Below are positions 13,590 through 26,523 of a stretch of 64,000 nucleotides of DNA, piece after piece. The notes under the pieces are model-generated. The model saw only the letters and a list, made by a program, of their open reading frames with translations, was not told the origin of the DNA and made no database searches. The DNA is from Isurus oxyrinchus. Lineage: Eukaryota. The stretch covers positions 72,540,001-72,604,000 of the forward strand of contig JANJGN010000006.1 of assembly GCA_026770705.1 (NCBI GenBank), read 5' to 3'. A program made the position numbers and the translations under genes. Positions within the stretch are counted from its first letter, which is position 1, and each line of letters begins with the position of its first letter.

Positions 13590-13955
13590 TGTTTTTTTTT
13601 ATTATTCATTCATGAGATGTGGGCATCTCTGGCTATGCCAGCATTTATTGTCCAGCCCTATTTGCCCTTTTTCAGAGTGCATTTAAGAATCACCACATTA
13701 CTTTGGGTCTGGAGTCACATGTTGGCCAGACCAAGTAAGAATAGCAGATTTCCTTTCTGAAAGGGCACTAATGATCCAGGTGGGTTTTTCTGACAATTGG
13801 CAATGCTTTCATGGTCATCATCAGACTTTTAATTTCAGATTTTTATTGAATTCAAATTTCACCAGCTGCCATGGTGGAATTTGAAGCTGGGTCCCCAGAG
13901 CATTACCCTGGGTCTCTGAAATGCCAGTCCAGTGACAATACCACTATGCCACCAC
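13590..13955 (-). mobile_element. tRNA-derived SINE with LINE-shared 3' tail
   Basis: Minus strand begins ggtggcatagtggt (A box), has B-box-like gcttcaaattcc, ends ataaatgctggc..cccacatctcatgaatgaat+polyA, the same type of tail as the LINE at 62270-62326. Confidence 0.8.
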
Positions 13956-16489
13956 ACACTTCCCCAGCAGTCCTCCAAGTGCCCGAGAGCTCGGTTGAAC
14001 CTGCCTCCTGCTGTGGACATGTGTCCATGCAGTGACCACCAGACTGTGAACCTGAGCCTGCTCTAGATCTAGGTCCCACCAAGTTGTGTGTCTCTGCGCT
14101 GGTGCAGGGTGTGGGTAAGCGCTGTGATGGGTTTTCATGGCTGCTTATTTCCAGCACTACAATGGAGGAGGAGTCCTCTTTGATGGAGATGAGGACCTGG
14201 ATGGAGTTGAGGCTGGCTGAGGGTGCCAGTCACTTGGCAGAGCTCCCTGTGAACTAAAGCAGAGATAATTAGTGCATGGCAGCAGAGTCAAAAGCAGGAG
14301 AGAGAGCACTGACAGTTTCATTGAGAGGGGGATGATATGATGCAGGATCCGCACGAGGGTGTTCACCGCTGACCTCAACATCACCATAGGCATGGTCCAC
14401 ATCCTCACCAATCAGTGTGATAGCTCACTCAAATAGAGTGAGGGGCCTGATATGGGCCACTTCATCCAAGATTGGGACTCCTCCCTATTGATGTGAGCCG
14501 GCTTCTCCTGCCTGAAAACAGATGGAGAGAGTGTGAGCAGGACGCAAGGCACTATGTGAAATGTTTGTGTAGTGAGCAGAGACATGGAAGGGATGATGAT
14601 GCGAGCTCCAGAATATATGACCCTGACGGAGATGTGAGGGCAAGTATCAGTTAAATGTATTGTCCCTTGAGGTGTGAGATCCCTGTGGATGTGTGATGGG
14701 TTTGTGAGTGTGTGAATTGAGAGTGATGAGATAAGATACTTACCCTGATGGAAAGGATGAGATCATTCACCCTCTTACGGCACCGGGTGGCTGTCCTCTT
14801 TAGCATGGCGTTGGCGCTGACCACCGCTCCCACCACCTCCCATGCTGGATTAGTGAGCTTGCTTGCTGGCTTTCGCCCAAACGTGGGTAGAGGACATTGC
14901 GATCAGCCTCCACTGCGTCCAGTAGGCACTTGAAGGAGGCATTGCTAAATCTGGGGGGAACATGTGATCAATTCCCAGCAGCAACCTATCCCTAGAAGAG
15001 TGCTAGCTCTTTAAATATGGTGGCCAGTTTACTGAAGGCCTGAGGTGACGGCAGGGTGGGCGGATCAGAGACCTAGGGTGTTTCCCGGGAATGCATAATT
15101 AATGAGGCAGGTCGCACTGGGAATGGGATGATACGGCATGAAAAGCCGCTGTTGCCACCGGTGGGTAAAATGCCTTTTTTCCTGCCTGCTGCCACACTTA
15201 GTGCAAATCTGTGATGATTCTGCCCTCTGATATAAAAACTATGATATAAATTAATTTCATATTTCAACAAGATTTTTAAACTTTGTCTGCAGAGAATGCA
15301 AAATATATTTCTATCTAAGAAAATAACACGATGATTCAATTTTGAACTATTAGTTTCCAGTTTTTCTTTTCCCTTTTTTATTTAGCACTGTTTTGATAAG
15401 CTTTGTCAAGTATTTTCTTTGCAAAATTCAACACTCCATCCACAAGCTCATTTGGATGGAGGAACAACTGTGGTATTGTGCTTACATAGTAACTAGTGCT
15501 GGCAATTCAAATGAAGTTGGATTAAACAGCTAAAGCTTGGTAATTTGGAGAATTCATTAATTTTAATGATTTTGCCAAATGTATAACAAAAGGGCATTGT
15601 TTAAAACAGTGTGTTACTTCATAACACCATAAAATGAATGTACACATATTAAACTTTGAGGCAAAGACTAAATTTCTTTCAGTTTCATGTCTGATCTAAT
15701 TTTCATTGAAGAGCAAAGAAACAACGCATTTTGTAGAGTCATAGGTTATTAAAGAGTTCTGTGTCCATTAAGTCATTCCCAATCTCTACATACTCCATAA
15801 CGATGCTGTTTGCAGCATTTTACATGCAATTGGATAGCTACCACAACGTCACCATCTGACTTCTACCTTGGGATAGGCGTAATATCATAAGATCTTGAGC
15901 GGTGAATAAAGGAAGTTTCAAAAGGAAAGCTGCAGGAGGAATTATCTTCTACCTTGTTAGTGTTAGAGCTCATTTCTACCACAAAATACTTTAATCATGA
16001 ATGCAAAGTAATAGCCTTTGACCTGTCCTGTGGGATAATGGCATAGTGTACTCGTGTTGTTGTTGAGCATAGTAAGATGTTCATGTATTTGTACCTGCAG
16101 TTTCATGGAGGATGAGCCCTGGATCTTAACATGAAAATTGGGAGAAGGGACCAAATAGAGGTCAGACTTTTCAGCAGAGTTAAAATCCAGCAATGACCCA
16201 ACCTTACCAGATTTGTTTACTAAACCTTGGTAGCGATTTGAGAGCAGATTCATTGTCATCTTTCCTGTCTGGGGAAAATGTAACTGGTCCATTGAGGTGA
16301 GGGGTATGAGATGGAGGACACATCCTAAGGTGGAAAGAAGTATAGGTATATAGTAAAAAATAGACACCAACCTTCTACTTCTCAATCCATTGTGCTTTCA
16401 GTATTTGAAAGAATTCATGTCTTGGACTTCCCGATGTCGGATGGGCCCAAATTAGAAATTGGTTTGAAAAGTAGCACAGGATAACCAAG

Positions 16490-18385
16490 CTGAGTACAGA
16501 AGGTTCAGAGGACAGGTGAAAAAGCAAATAAGAGAAGCAAAACGGGATTATGAGAAAAGACTGGCAGTTAACATTAAGAGAAATCCCAAAGTCTTCTACA
16601 GGCATATAAATAGTAAAAGGGTGGCAAAAGGAGGAATAGGACTGATTAGGGACCAAAAACAGGATTTACACATGGAGGCAGGGGGCATGGCTGAGGTGTT
16701 AAATGAATACTTTGCATCTGTCTTTACTAAGGAAGCAGGCGCTCCCAAGGCCATGGTGACAGAGGAGGAAACTCTGTCACTGGGAGGCTTCAAAACTGAT
16801 AAGGAGGAGCTATTGGATGAACTGTTGGTACTTAAAGTTGACAAGGCACTGGGACCAGATGAGATGCATCCAAGGATATTGAAGGAAGTGAGAGTGAAGA
16901 TTGCAGGGACTTTGACCATAATCTTTCAGTCTTCCCTAGACTCAGGGGAGGTGCCAGAGGACTGGAGAATTGCAAACATTGCACTTTGTTCAGAAAAGGT
17001 TGTATGGATTAGCCCAGCAATTACAGACCAGTAAGTTTAACTTCAGTGGTGGGGAAGATTCTAGAAATAATTATTTGGGATAGAATTAATAGTCACATGG
17101 GTTGATTAGGAAGAGCCAGCGTGGACATTTTAAGGGAAAATCATGTTTAATTAACTTGCTGGATTTTTTGAAGAGGTAAAAAAGGGGGTTGATGAGGGTA
17201 ATGCTATGGATGTGGTGTACATGGACCTCCAAAAGGCATTTGATACAATGCCGCACAACAGACTTGTGAGAAAAGTTATAGCTCATGCAATCAAAGGGGC
17301 AGTAGTAAAGTGGATACAAAATTGGCTGGGTAATAGGAAAAGCGAGTAATGGTTAATGGATGTTATTTGGGCTGGAGGAATGTTTTTGATGGAGTTCCTC
17401 AGGGGTTGGTATTGGGACCCTTGCTTTTCCTGAAATATATTACTGATCTAGACCTTGGTGTGCAGGGGACAATTTCAAAATTTGCAGGTGATAAAAAACT
17501 TGGAAATGTTGTAATTTGTGAGGAGGACAGTGTAGAAATTCAAAAGAACATAGACAAGTTGGTGGAGAGGGCAGATAGGTGGCAAATGAAGTTCAATGCA
17601 GAGAATTATGAGATGATTCGTTTTGGTAGGAAGAACATGGAGAGACAATATAAGACAAGGGGTACAACTCTAAAGGGTGTGCAGGAGCTGAGGCACCTGG
17701 GTGTATATCTGCACAAGTCATTAAAAGTGGCAGGACAGGTGGAGAGAGCAGTTATTAAAGCATACAGTATCCTAAGCTTTATTACTAGAGACTTAGAGTA
17801 CAAGAGCAAGGAGATTATACTGAACTTGTATAGGACACTAATCAGGCTTCAGCTGGAGTATTACGTGCAGTCCTGGGTGTCACACGTTAGGAAGGATGTG
17901 AGTGCATTGGAGAGAGTGCAGAAGAGGTTTACAAAAATAGTTCCAGAGATGAGAAACTTCAGTTATGAAAATAGATTGAAGATGTTGGAACTGTTCTCTT
18001 TGGAGAGGAGAAGGCTAAGAGGAGATTTGATAGAGGTGTTCAAAATTGTGAGGGGGCTGGGCAGAGTAGATAGGGAGAAACTGTTCCTGTTTGTAAAATA
18101 ATCAAGAACGAGAGGGCACAAATTTAAAATGATTTGCTAAAGAAGCAAATGCGATGTGAGAAGAACCTTTTAACACAGCGAGTGGTTCGGGTCTGGAATG
18201 CATTGTCTGGAAGTGTGGTGGAGGCAGGTTCAATCGAGGCATTCAAGAGGGCATCAGATGATTATTTAAATAGAAACAACATGCAGGGTTACAGTGAAAA
18301 GGCAGGAGAATGGCACTGAGTCATAATGCTTATTCAGAGAGCTGATGGGCAAAATGGCCTCCTTCTGCACCATAACATTCTGTAA
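16490..18385 (+). mobile_element. CR1 LINE, 5'-truncated ORF2 (RT) pseudogene with 3' UTR
   Basis: IKRNPKVFYRHI..KALGPDEMHPRILKE..VPEDWRIANI; GVPQGLVLGPLLFLKYI..SKFAGD; LERRRLRGDLIEVFKI; tail ggcctccttctgcaccataacattctgt. Confidence 0.95.
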
Positions 18386-20154
18386 GGATAAAAGTGTAGA
18401 GAAACAGAACACAGGTGTGTTCTTAGTCATTAATCCATGAAAAACCAAATATACCTTCCACTGTTGCACCACCAGGAACTCAGACATGGACCCTTTTTCA
18501 CTGTGACAGGGACCTCAGGTGCGGATGTTAATCCAGTGACAGAGAATGTGAAGGATAAAAGGCAACCTTTACTCACTATTTGCCATTTTTATATTCATTA
18601 AACATTTATTTAAATTAATTCTGATCCATAACTAAATTGAAATGGACATTTCAAAATCTTATGAATTGCAGTACAATTTGGGTCCATCTACAACAACCAA
18701 ACCAACTTGAGCTGAATTTTCATCTTTGAGGCTGGAATAAGCATTTGGACCATTTCCTAACATTGCTATCCCTCCTCCTGACCGGAAGTGCCCACACATG
18801 CTATCTTAATTATGTGGGGTGGTGGGGATGGGCTGAATTTGGGGCCACCACCTCCCACAGCAGGCCAGCGGTAGAGATGGAGGTGGGCAGATGTTCCAGC
18901 AGGTTACAATCCCCCCTCTGTTCAGTGGGACATTAGACCAGTTTTGTAGATGTATGTGAGGCCCCCTAACCCTCACCCCATAACTCCCTCACCACCCTCA
19001 TCCCCTCACCATCTGATACCCCCTCAGACTATATACACCCTACCTCCCTCACCCCCATACCCACTCACCCAGTATCCACTATATAAAGAACTCATGAACC
19101 CTTTAATAACATTGGGAATTCTATGCAAAGTCCATAAAACTGTCAAAATAAACAAACAAATTCAAAATTAAAAAAAGTAATCTAAACTCAATTTGAAAAA
19201 TGCATTATCCTCTTAACTGCTCACAAATATGTCAATATAACCAAGCTCATATTCTCCTTGACATCTGTGTCAACAACTCCTACTGAGCTGAACCCATCAG
19301 TAAGTTTGAATCTTAGCCAAACATTTCCAATAAGATTTCATTCAACAACTGTGTCAAAAAACCTCCAGAGCTGAATATATTAATGCCTTTGAAGTCAGTC
19401 AGAACCTCAGCCTTCTGTCAAAGCTTTGAAGCAGCCAAACGGATGGCTGAGCTGAACTTCAAAGAGCTCAGCCATCTGCTCAAGTATTTAACCAGCCAAA
19501 CAGAAGTCTGAGCTGAACTTCAATGAAAACATGAAAGCAAAGGGAACAATTGACACAGTAAAATCTGAATTTCATATTGTGCTACACAGAATAGCACTTT
19601 AACCATGGATAATGTACTCTAATACATCTGAAGACTTTCCCACTTTTACAATGCTGTTCAATTTAATGGTCGCTTACCTATTCAAAGCAAAAGCCTTTAA
19701 TCAATCACTGTATTAAAAACATATATAACTTATCATATAGCATTACATCATGACATGTGAAATTGGAAATACCTCTTAAACCTACCCATTATAGGTTTCC
19801 CACCCACCCCCAAGCTCAGCCCCATAAGATATTCACTGCTGAAATTGGCACTATTTAAATGAGTAATGAAGGTACACTTAGGCTTGTTACTAAGCTAATT
19901 AGCCCTGATATTATGCTTCCCATTCCATGAAACATTTGCCGTGGGCAGTTGGGTAGGAGTGGGCAGCCCAGTTTTTAAAATAAATTATTTAAATAGCAGG
20001 AAGGAAAGGGGAGTTATATCTTCTGATGTTGCCCTTTGTGGATCAGGGGTGTGGCCCCCTATGATAGACTCCCCACTTTCTTCCCAACTACCCACACCCT
20101 TAAATCAAATCCCCACCCCCTTTATCTGTCCAAACCCTCCTTGCCAAAGACCCA

Positions 20155-20295
20155 ATCTTATTAAGGGGATCAAAGGTTACGGGGAGAAGGCAGGAGAATG
20201 GGATTGAGAAACTTATCAGCCATGATTGAATGGCGGAGCAGACTCAATGGGCTGAATGGCCTAATTTCTGCTCCTATGTCTTATGGTCTTATGAT
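20155..20295 (+). mobile_element. CR1 3' UTR fragment
   Basis: ggggatcaaaggttacggggagaaggcagg..gggctgaatggcctaatttctgctcctatgtcttatggtcttatg. Confidence 0.85.
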
Positions 20296-21848
20296 CCTGG
20301 ACTTACCTGGCTCCAGGGATCCATGGGGCTTTTTCCTCCTCATCTTGTAGCCCCGGCAGCAAACTTGGCATTGCCGGGGGTGAATCGGATTGACCGGCAG
20401 CTCCCGAGGGGTGAAAGTTCACACTGGCCCTGTTAAGCCCACCTGCAGAGCTTTATGGTGCAGGGCTGGCCAGAGTGGAGTGGGTCCTCTCCATGCAGGC
20501 TTTGCTTTTGCGGGTTGTTCACCCCCATTCCTCTGTAAAATCCCTTTGTTTTGTACTTGTAAAATGGTACCAGGATATTTTCTATAACAATAGTTTTGGA
20601 GCAATTAGCAACCTGTCTTTATTGCATATGCCACAGTTGCAATAAGCGGTTGTGAGCCACTATTTAATTCTACTAGTGTCAGTGATAGTAACTAGACTAA
20701 AATAAAAGTATTTCATCTTCGCCTTCAACAGGGACAAGCAGGATGGCAGACCATGTAGCTTCAGTAGGATATGAGAATTTCTGATGGTGCAGGGCAACAT
20801 CAACTGCACGCACGTGGCTTTCTGACATCCTCCTCTCACCCAACCTCACCTCCTTGTGACAATCGATTAAGGCATAGGAACCAGGGGGCTTCATCATGTG
20901 TTAGTCAGCTATGTCCACGGGCTTCGGGCTTCCACATAGAACCAGAGGCTGGCAGTTAGTAAACGTGGCTGATGTATTTTTAGCTGTTTAAGAAGCTTCC
21001 CTTCTACATCCTCTTGATGACTAACATTACAGCTTATTATAGATAAAGGAAACATTAAAAAAAATGGAAATAAGGACAATTGACCAGATGCTGAACTTGC
21101 TTGAGTCATTAATAGCACAGATGTGTGTTTGAAGATTGGTTACTTAGGCAATATAAATATTGTGGTGCGTGGACTCAGGCACAACTTAAAACCTATCCAA
21201 TCATAAATTTTAAACTTACTTCATGAATTTCCAGGATCCAAAATTTTTGCAGTTTCAAGATGCTGCAATATCTTGCTAACCAAGAATGCTATTTCTAGTT
21301 ACAGAAGAAACAAAAGCTACCGGTATTTTAGTGGACTTTTAGAAATGTGGAGTAAATTTCTCCTTACTTTTATAGTCATTTGTGTAACTCACTTTACTTT
21401 TCAAATTCAAGTAAATGAAGTAAATCAAGTAAATGTGCAGTATGCTAAATGTACATTAATGCACAGCAATTGTGTGCCTTCATGGCAAACAAACTGCCCA
21501 TAAATTTGTCCATGTTGACAAAATTCCTTCAGGGCGGAGGGAATTTGTGACATAATTTAACGTGTGCTTTTAATATTAATTATTTGTTAAAGCTTTATTA
21601 AATAGCTTCATGCAATCCCACTTATACCTCCTTACATGACTCAATGTCAAACTTTTGTCTGATAATTGCTAATGTGAAGTGTCTTAGGATGATATTTAAA
21701 CGCACATTGTTGTTATATGTGCATTTTGTATTAATTTGCTCTGAAACAAAACGAAGGATAAAACAGTGGACGTAGCTGCCAGGCACACTGTGGAGAGCTT
21801 AGTGTACAGGAGAGATATTGCAGCATTGGGTTAGGAACAGAAACTTCC

Positions 21849-22557
21849 ATTACGCAGCTTCCATGACTTTGATAGAAATCTTTGAGAAAAGTAAATAACA
21901 GCTGAAGGAAAGGAGGGTATGAAATTGTTTCCTCCAGGACTTGGTCATAATTTTTGGGTAATCTAGATATTGGAACAAAGTCAGCTTCTTGTGACTAATA
22001 CAGTGTTTACAGAGAATACACCTCAGGAAGGAATCTGATCGGTTTCATTCCAGGAATAGTTAAGAGCAGCCCTGCCACTGGCAGTGAAAGCCAAGGATGT
22101 TTAAAATTTTTGTGTCACTAGCTCCTTTCTTTTATGTGCAGGAGATAAATGTTAGACAATTTTCTACACACCGATGCACTGCAATATTGCTGAAATCACT
22201 GATGCCCAATTTTAGCACAACAGGAGGTACATCCCTGTCAAAAGAGGGAAGCTAGAACAGCAAAGGCAAACTCAACTCTTTAATTGGTGTGGCAACCCCA
22301 TGGTACAGGACCTTCCCTACTAATTAATTCAGCAAGCATTCATGCCCCTGTGGAAAATAAAGTAACAATCCTAAAGAGTAAAGGAAATTATGGTCTTAAC
22401 ATGCAGCTAGCCTGTGACCACAAAAATGTCAATGCTTGAAGGGAACTTAGAGACCATAGCATTCCTATGCACCAGATGCCCTTGTTCTTCTAGGTTTTGG
22501 AGGTCACAGGTTTACTTTTCTCAAAGATTTCTATCAAAGTCATGGAAGCTGCGTAAT
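21849..22557. repeat. Perfect 47-bp inverted repeat (21849-21895 / 22511-22557)
   Basis: attacgcagcttccatgactttgatagaaatctttgagaaaagtaaa and its exact reverse complement 615 bp downstream. Confidence 0.95.
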
Positions 22558-22710
22558 CGGGAGGTGATGCTGAAGAAGCGTTGATGAGTGTTGCATCATG
22601 TGGATAGTATACTCTGCAGCCAAGGTACGTCATTAGAGGGAGTAAATATTTGGAAGTTCCAATCAAGCGGACTGCTTTGTTCCTGGATGATTTTGAGCTT
22701 CCTGAGTTTT
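22420..22710 (-). mobile_element. Old LINE 3' fragment (family of 45392-47235 / 60870-62326)
   Basis: cttgttcttctagg..ggtcacaggttt..caatcaagcggactgctttgttcctggatg aligns by eye with 45670-45850. Confidence 0.65.
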
Positions 22711-23204
22711 GGCATATGATTAGTAAAAATTGCTCAGCATGTTGTTCGAACATTGTGTGCAGACACAATTTGTGCTTCTCAATCATTATTTTCAAACTGT
22801 TCAATAATGGAATTTTTAATCTCAGCTGTACTATGCTCTTGTTTTCTGCAATTGTGCTGGCATCACCACAGTCTCTATTTACTGTCATAGCAAGATTTTC
22901 TATGTCTTCATTTCCTGACTTGTCTTAAATGGCTTTTTTTGAAATGGATGAGGAAATTTTAATTGGTGCCCATCACCCTCAGTCTTCTGACTCTCTCACC
23001 TGTTAGATGCAGTCTTATGCTGAAATAAGAGAGCAATACATTGGGCAGCAGAAATGCAAATCTTCTCATGATGATGTGATGTATACATATGTAATATTAA
23101 TCTATAATTTCATTGGCTGGTCAAATTATATATATGTTGAACTTCTTTAAAAGGACTTTTTTAAAGCAAAGGCACCGACTTAAGATGGCTGCCACAGGTT
23201 ACCT

Positions 23205-25654
23205 GACATACAAACATATAAATTTGGAGCAGGAGGAGGCCACTGGGCCTCTCGAGCCTGCTCCACCATTCAATAAGATCATGGCTGATCTGAATGTAAC
23301 CTCAACCCCACACTCCTGCCTACCAATGATAACCTTTTACCCCTCTGTTAATCAAGAATCTATCTAGCTCTGCCTTAAAAATATTCAAATACTCTGCTTC
23401 TACCGCCTTTTGAGGAAGAGAGTTCTAAAGCCCCCTGAGAAAAAAAAAATCTCCTAATCTCTGTCTTAAATGACCAACCCCTTATTTCTAAACAGTAACC
23501 CCTAGTTCTAGATTGTCCCACAAGAGGAAGCATCCTCTCCACATCCACCCTGTCAAGACCCCTCAGGATCTTAAAGGTTTCAATTAAATCACCTCTTACT
23601 CTTTGAAATTTCAGTGGATACAAGCCTAACCTGTCCAGCCTTTTCTCATAAGACAAATTGTTCATTCTTGCTATTAGACTAGTAAACCTTCTCTGAACTG
23701 CTTCTAACACATTTACATCTTTCTTTAATTAAGGAGATCAGTACTACACAATGCTCCAGATGTGATCTCACCAATGCCCTGCACAACTGAAGCTTAACCT
23801 CCCTACTTTTGTAATTAATTCCCCTCATAAGTGATAACATTCTATTAGCTTTCCTAATTACCTCCTGTACCTGCATACTAACCTTTTGTGTTTCATGCAC
23901 TAGGATACCCAGATCCCTCTGAATCTCAGAGCTCTGCAATATCTCATCATTTAGATAATAAGCTTATTTTTTATTCTTCCTGCCAAAATGAATAATATCA
24001 TATTTGTCCACATTATACTTCATTTGCCAGATCTTTGCCCATTCACTTAACTTACCTAAGACACTTTGTAGTCTCCATATGTCCTCTTAACAATTTACTT
24101 TCCTACCTATCTTTGTGTCATCAGCAAATTTGGCAACCATTCCTTTGGTCCCTTCATCCAAGTCATTTATATAAATTGTAAACAATTGAGGCCCCAGCAC
24201 TGATCCCTGTGGCACACCACTCATCACATCTTGCCAATTAGAAAAAGACCCATTTATGTCAACTCTCTGCTTCCTGTTAGCTAGCCAATCTTCTATCCAT
24301 GCCAATATGTTACCCCCTACACCATGAGCTTTTATTTTCTGAAATAACCTTTGATGTGGAACTTTATCAAATTCCTTCTGGAAATTTAAGTATGGTACAT
24401 CCACCAGCTCCTCTTTATCCATAGCACATGTGGTTTGTTCAAAGAATACCAATAAATTGGTTAAACATGATTTCGCTTTTACAAAACAATGCAACTTTGC
24501 CTAATTGTCTTGAATTTTCCTAAGTGCCTTGTTATAATATCTTTAATATTAGCTTCTAACATTTTCCCTATGACAGATGTTAGGCTAACTGGCCTATAGT
24601 TTCCTGCTTTCTGTCTTCCTTCCTTTTTGAATAAAGGAGTTAAATTTGTTATTTTCCAATCTAATAGAATCTTCCCCAAATCTAGGGAATTTTAGAAAAT
24701 TAAAACAAGTGCATCAACTAGCTCACTAGCTACTTCTTTCAAGACCTTAGGGTGAAGTTCATCTGGACCTAGGGGTTTGTCAGCCTGCAGCCCCAATAAT
24801 TTGCTCAATACCACTTACCTGGTGATTGTAATTTTCCCAAGTTCCTTCCTCCCTCCCATTTCCTGATTTACAGCTATTTCCCGGATGTTCTTTATGTCCT
24901 TTATAGTGAAGACCGAAGCAAAATACCTGGTTAATTCATTCACCATCTTCTTACTTTCCATTATTAATTCCCCAGACACATTCCCTGTAGGACCAACACT
25001 CACTTTGTTAACTTTTTTCTTATTTGAATATCTATAGAAACTCTTACTATCCATCTTTATATTACTAGCTAGCTTTCTCTGATACTCTAATTTTTCTTTC
25101 CTTAATAATATTTTTGTCATTCTTTGCTGCTCTTTATATTCTTTTCAATCTTCTGACCTGCCACCCATCTATGCAATATTGTATGCTTTCTCTTTGAGTC
25201 TGATACTGTCTTTAAATATTTTAGTTAGCCACGGAAGGTGAGCCCTCCCCTTGGAATTTTTATTTCTCATTGGAATGTATCTATTCTGTGTATTCTGAAA
25301 TATCCCTTTAAATGTCTACCACTGAACTTCTATTGATATGTCCCTTAACCTCATTTGCCAGTTCACTTTAGCTAGCCCGCTTTCATTCCCTCATAATTGC
25401 TCTTCTTTAAGTTTAAAATACTCCTATTGGACGCACTCGTTTCTCCCTAAAATTGAATGTAAAATTCAATCATATTATGATCGCCGCTACCTAGGGGTGC
25501 CTTCACTAGGAGGTTATCAAATAATCCTACCTCGTTGCTCAATGGCAGGTCTAGCATAGACTGCTCTCTGGTTGTCTCCAGAATGTGCTGTTCTAAGAAA
25601 CTATCCCAAAAACATCCTATGAACTCCTCACCTATGCTACCTTTGCTCATCTGG
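23205..25654 (-). mobile_element. CR1 LINE ORF2 pseudogene (end of endonuclease, RT, 3' UTR)
   Basis: PLGSGDHNMIEF (APE end); NYRPVSLTSVIGKMLE; SGVPQGSVLGPQLFTIYINDLD..KFADDTK; RVRGDLIETFKI. Confidence 0.95.
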
Positions 25655-26523
25655 TGTTACAAGTTGGCCGGTTTCTGGAAGTTTCTAAAGTGGATTGCAA
25701 TTAACATGTGCTAATGTAAACCTCCTGTGGAATTTCACAGCAACTGATGTCAAGAATAACTTCAAAGAAGAACTGAAACTTGAAACTGGTTATCACCATT
25801 TGCATTCCCATAAAGCTACCTTCAACCAGAGACAGAATGTCTACTGGGACAATGGCTATATAGAAGGCAATATATTCTCTTCCTCGTTCATCACAGGGAA
25901 GAATGGCTTATTCAGAAGTGATGGCTGAGACATTAAAGAAATTAATCAGCTAGGTCATACCACAACAGCTAAGGTCTGTCCAGGCATGAGTTAATCAATT
26001 ACCTTCTGTGGAGTACCCAACTCATTATGGGAAGAGAGGTCATGTGATCAAAGAACCATTTTGAAATGTCTTTTGTTACAAAACCCTGGCTGCTTTTGAG
26101 CAATCTAGAAGAAAAAGTTTAATGAGTATCATCTCTCTCTTCTGTTCTGAAGTTCGGATCCCTATCTTTGTTACATTTTGGAATCCATCAAAGAGACAGA
26201 GAATTTCAATTGTAAGGAACCTCAGGAACAATTTCATCAACTTTTAGAAAAGGTGGATTATGTTTCAAAGAGGTTGTCTCCAGAAATTGCAGTTCACATT
26301 GGCCTCAATCCTGTTAGAATTTCAAGCCCAATGTGGGATAAAGATTGCCTCAGTCACAAACACCAGTGAAGGATTTATAAACCATGAACTCTATTCTTAC
26401 CTTTCATTATTGAAGCTTAATTTGGTCGAAAAGTAACTTTATCTACTATATAATTTATAATTTGGCATGCTTGTGATTGTTGCGAATGTTGGGATGTGTG
26501 TTTACTTTTTAAAATATCTTTAT

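Larger units (their letters stand above)
11066..15225 (-). mobile_element. Harbinger-like element with intron-containing Myb/SANT gene (copy 1)
   Basis: Ends ggccagaaattt..gattctgccc, flanks TAT/TCT; minus-strand VVSANAMLKRTATRCRKRVNDL; colinear with 26524-29228 and 43298-48508. Confidence 0.8.

Noticed and set aside
13880-13955. tRNA gene
   Set aside because: A/B-box-like motifs belong to a SINE head; no intact cloverleaf
15735-15815. Minus-strand peptide IVMEYVE resembling a kinase hinge motif
   Set aside because: In-frame stops close on both sides, no polypyrimidine acceptor, no other kinase motifs nearby
18711-20550. Possible further Harbinger-like relics (also 30540-31600, 42160-43250, 60240-60800, 62825-63420)
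   Set aside because: Only vague motif resemblance; no paired TIR/TSD or coding motif could be verified by eye
20700-20960. Possible host exon after ttcatcttcgccttcaacag
   Set aside because: All three frames stop within ~55 nt of the acceptor; no recognisable protein
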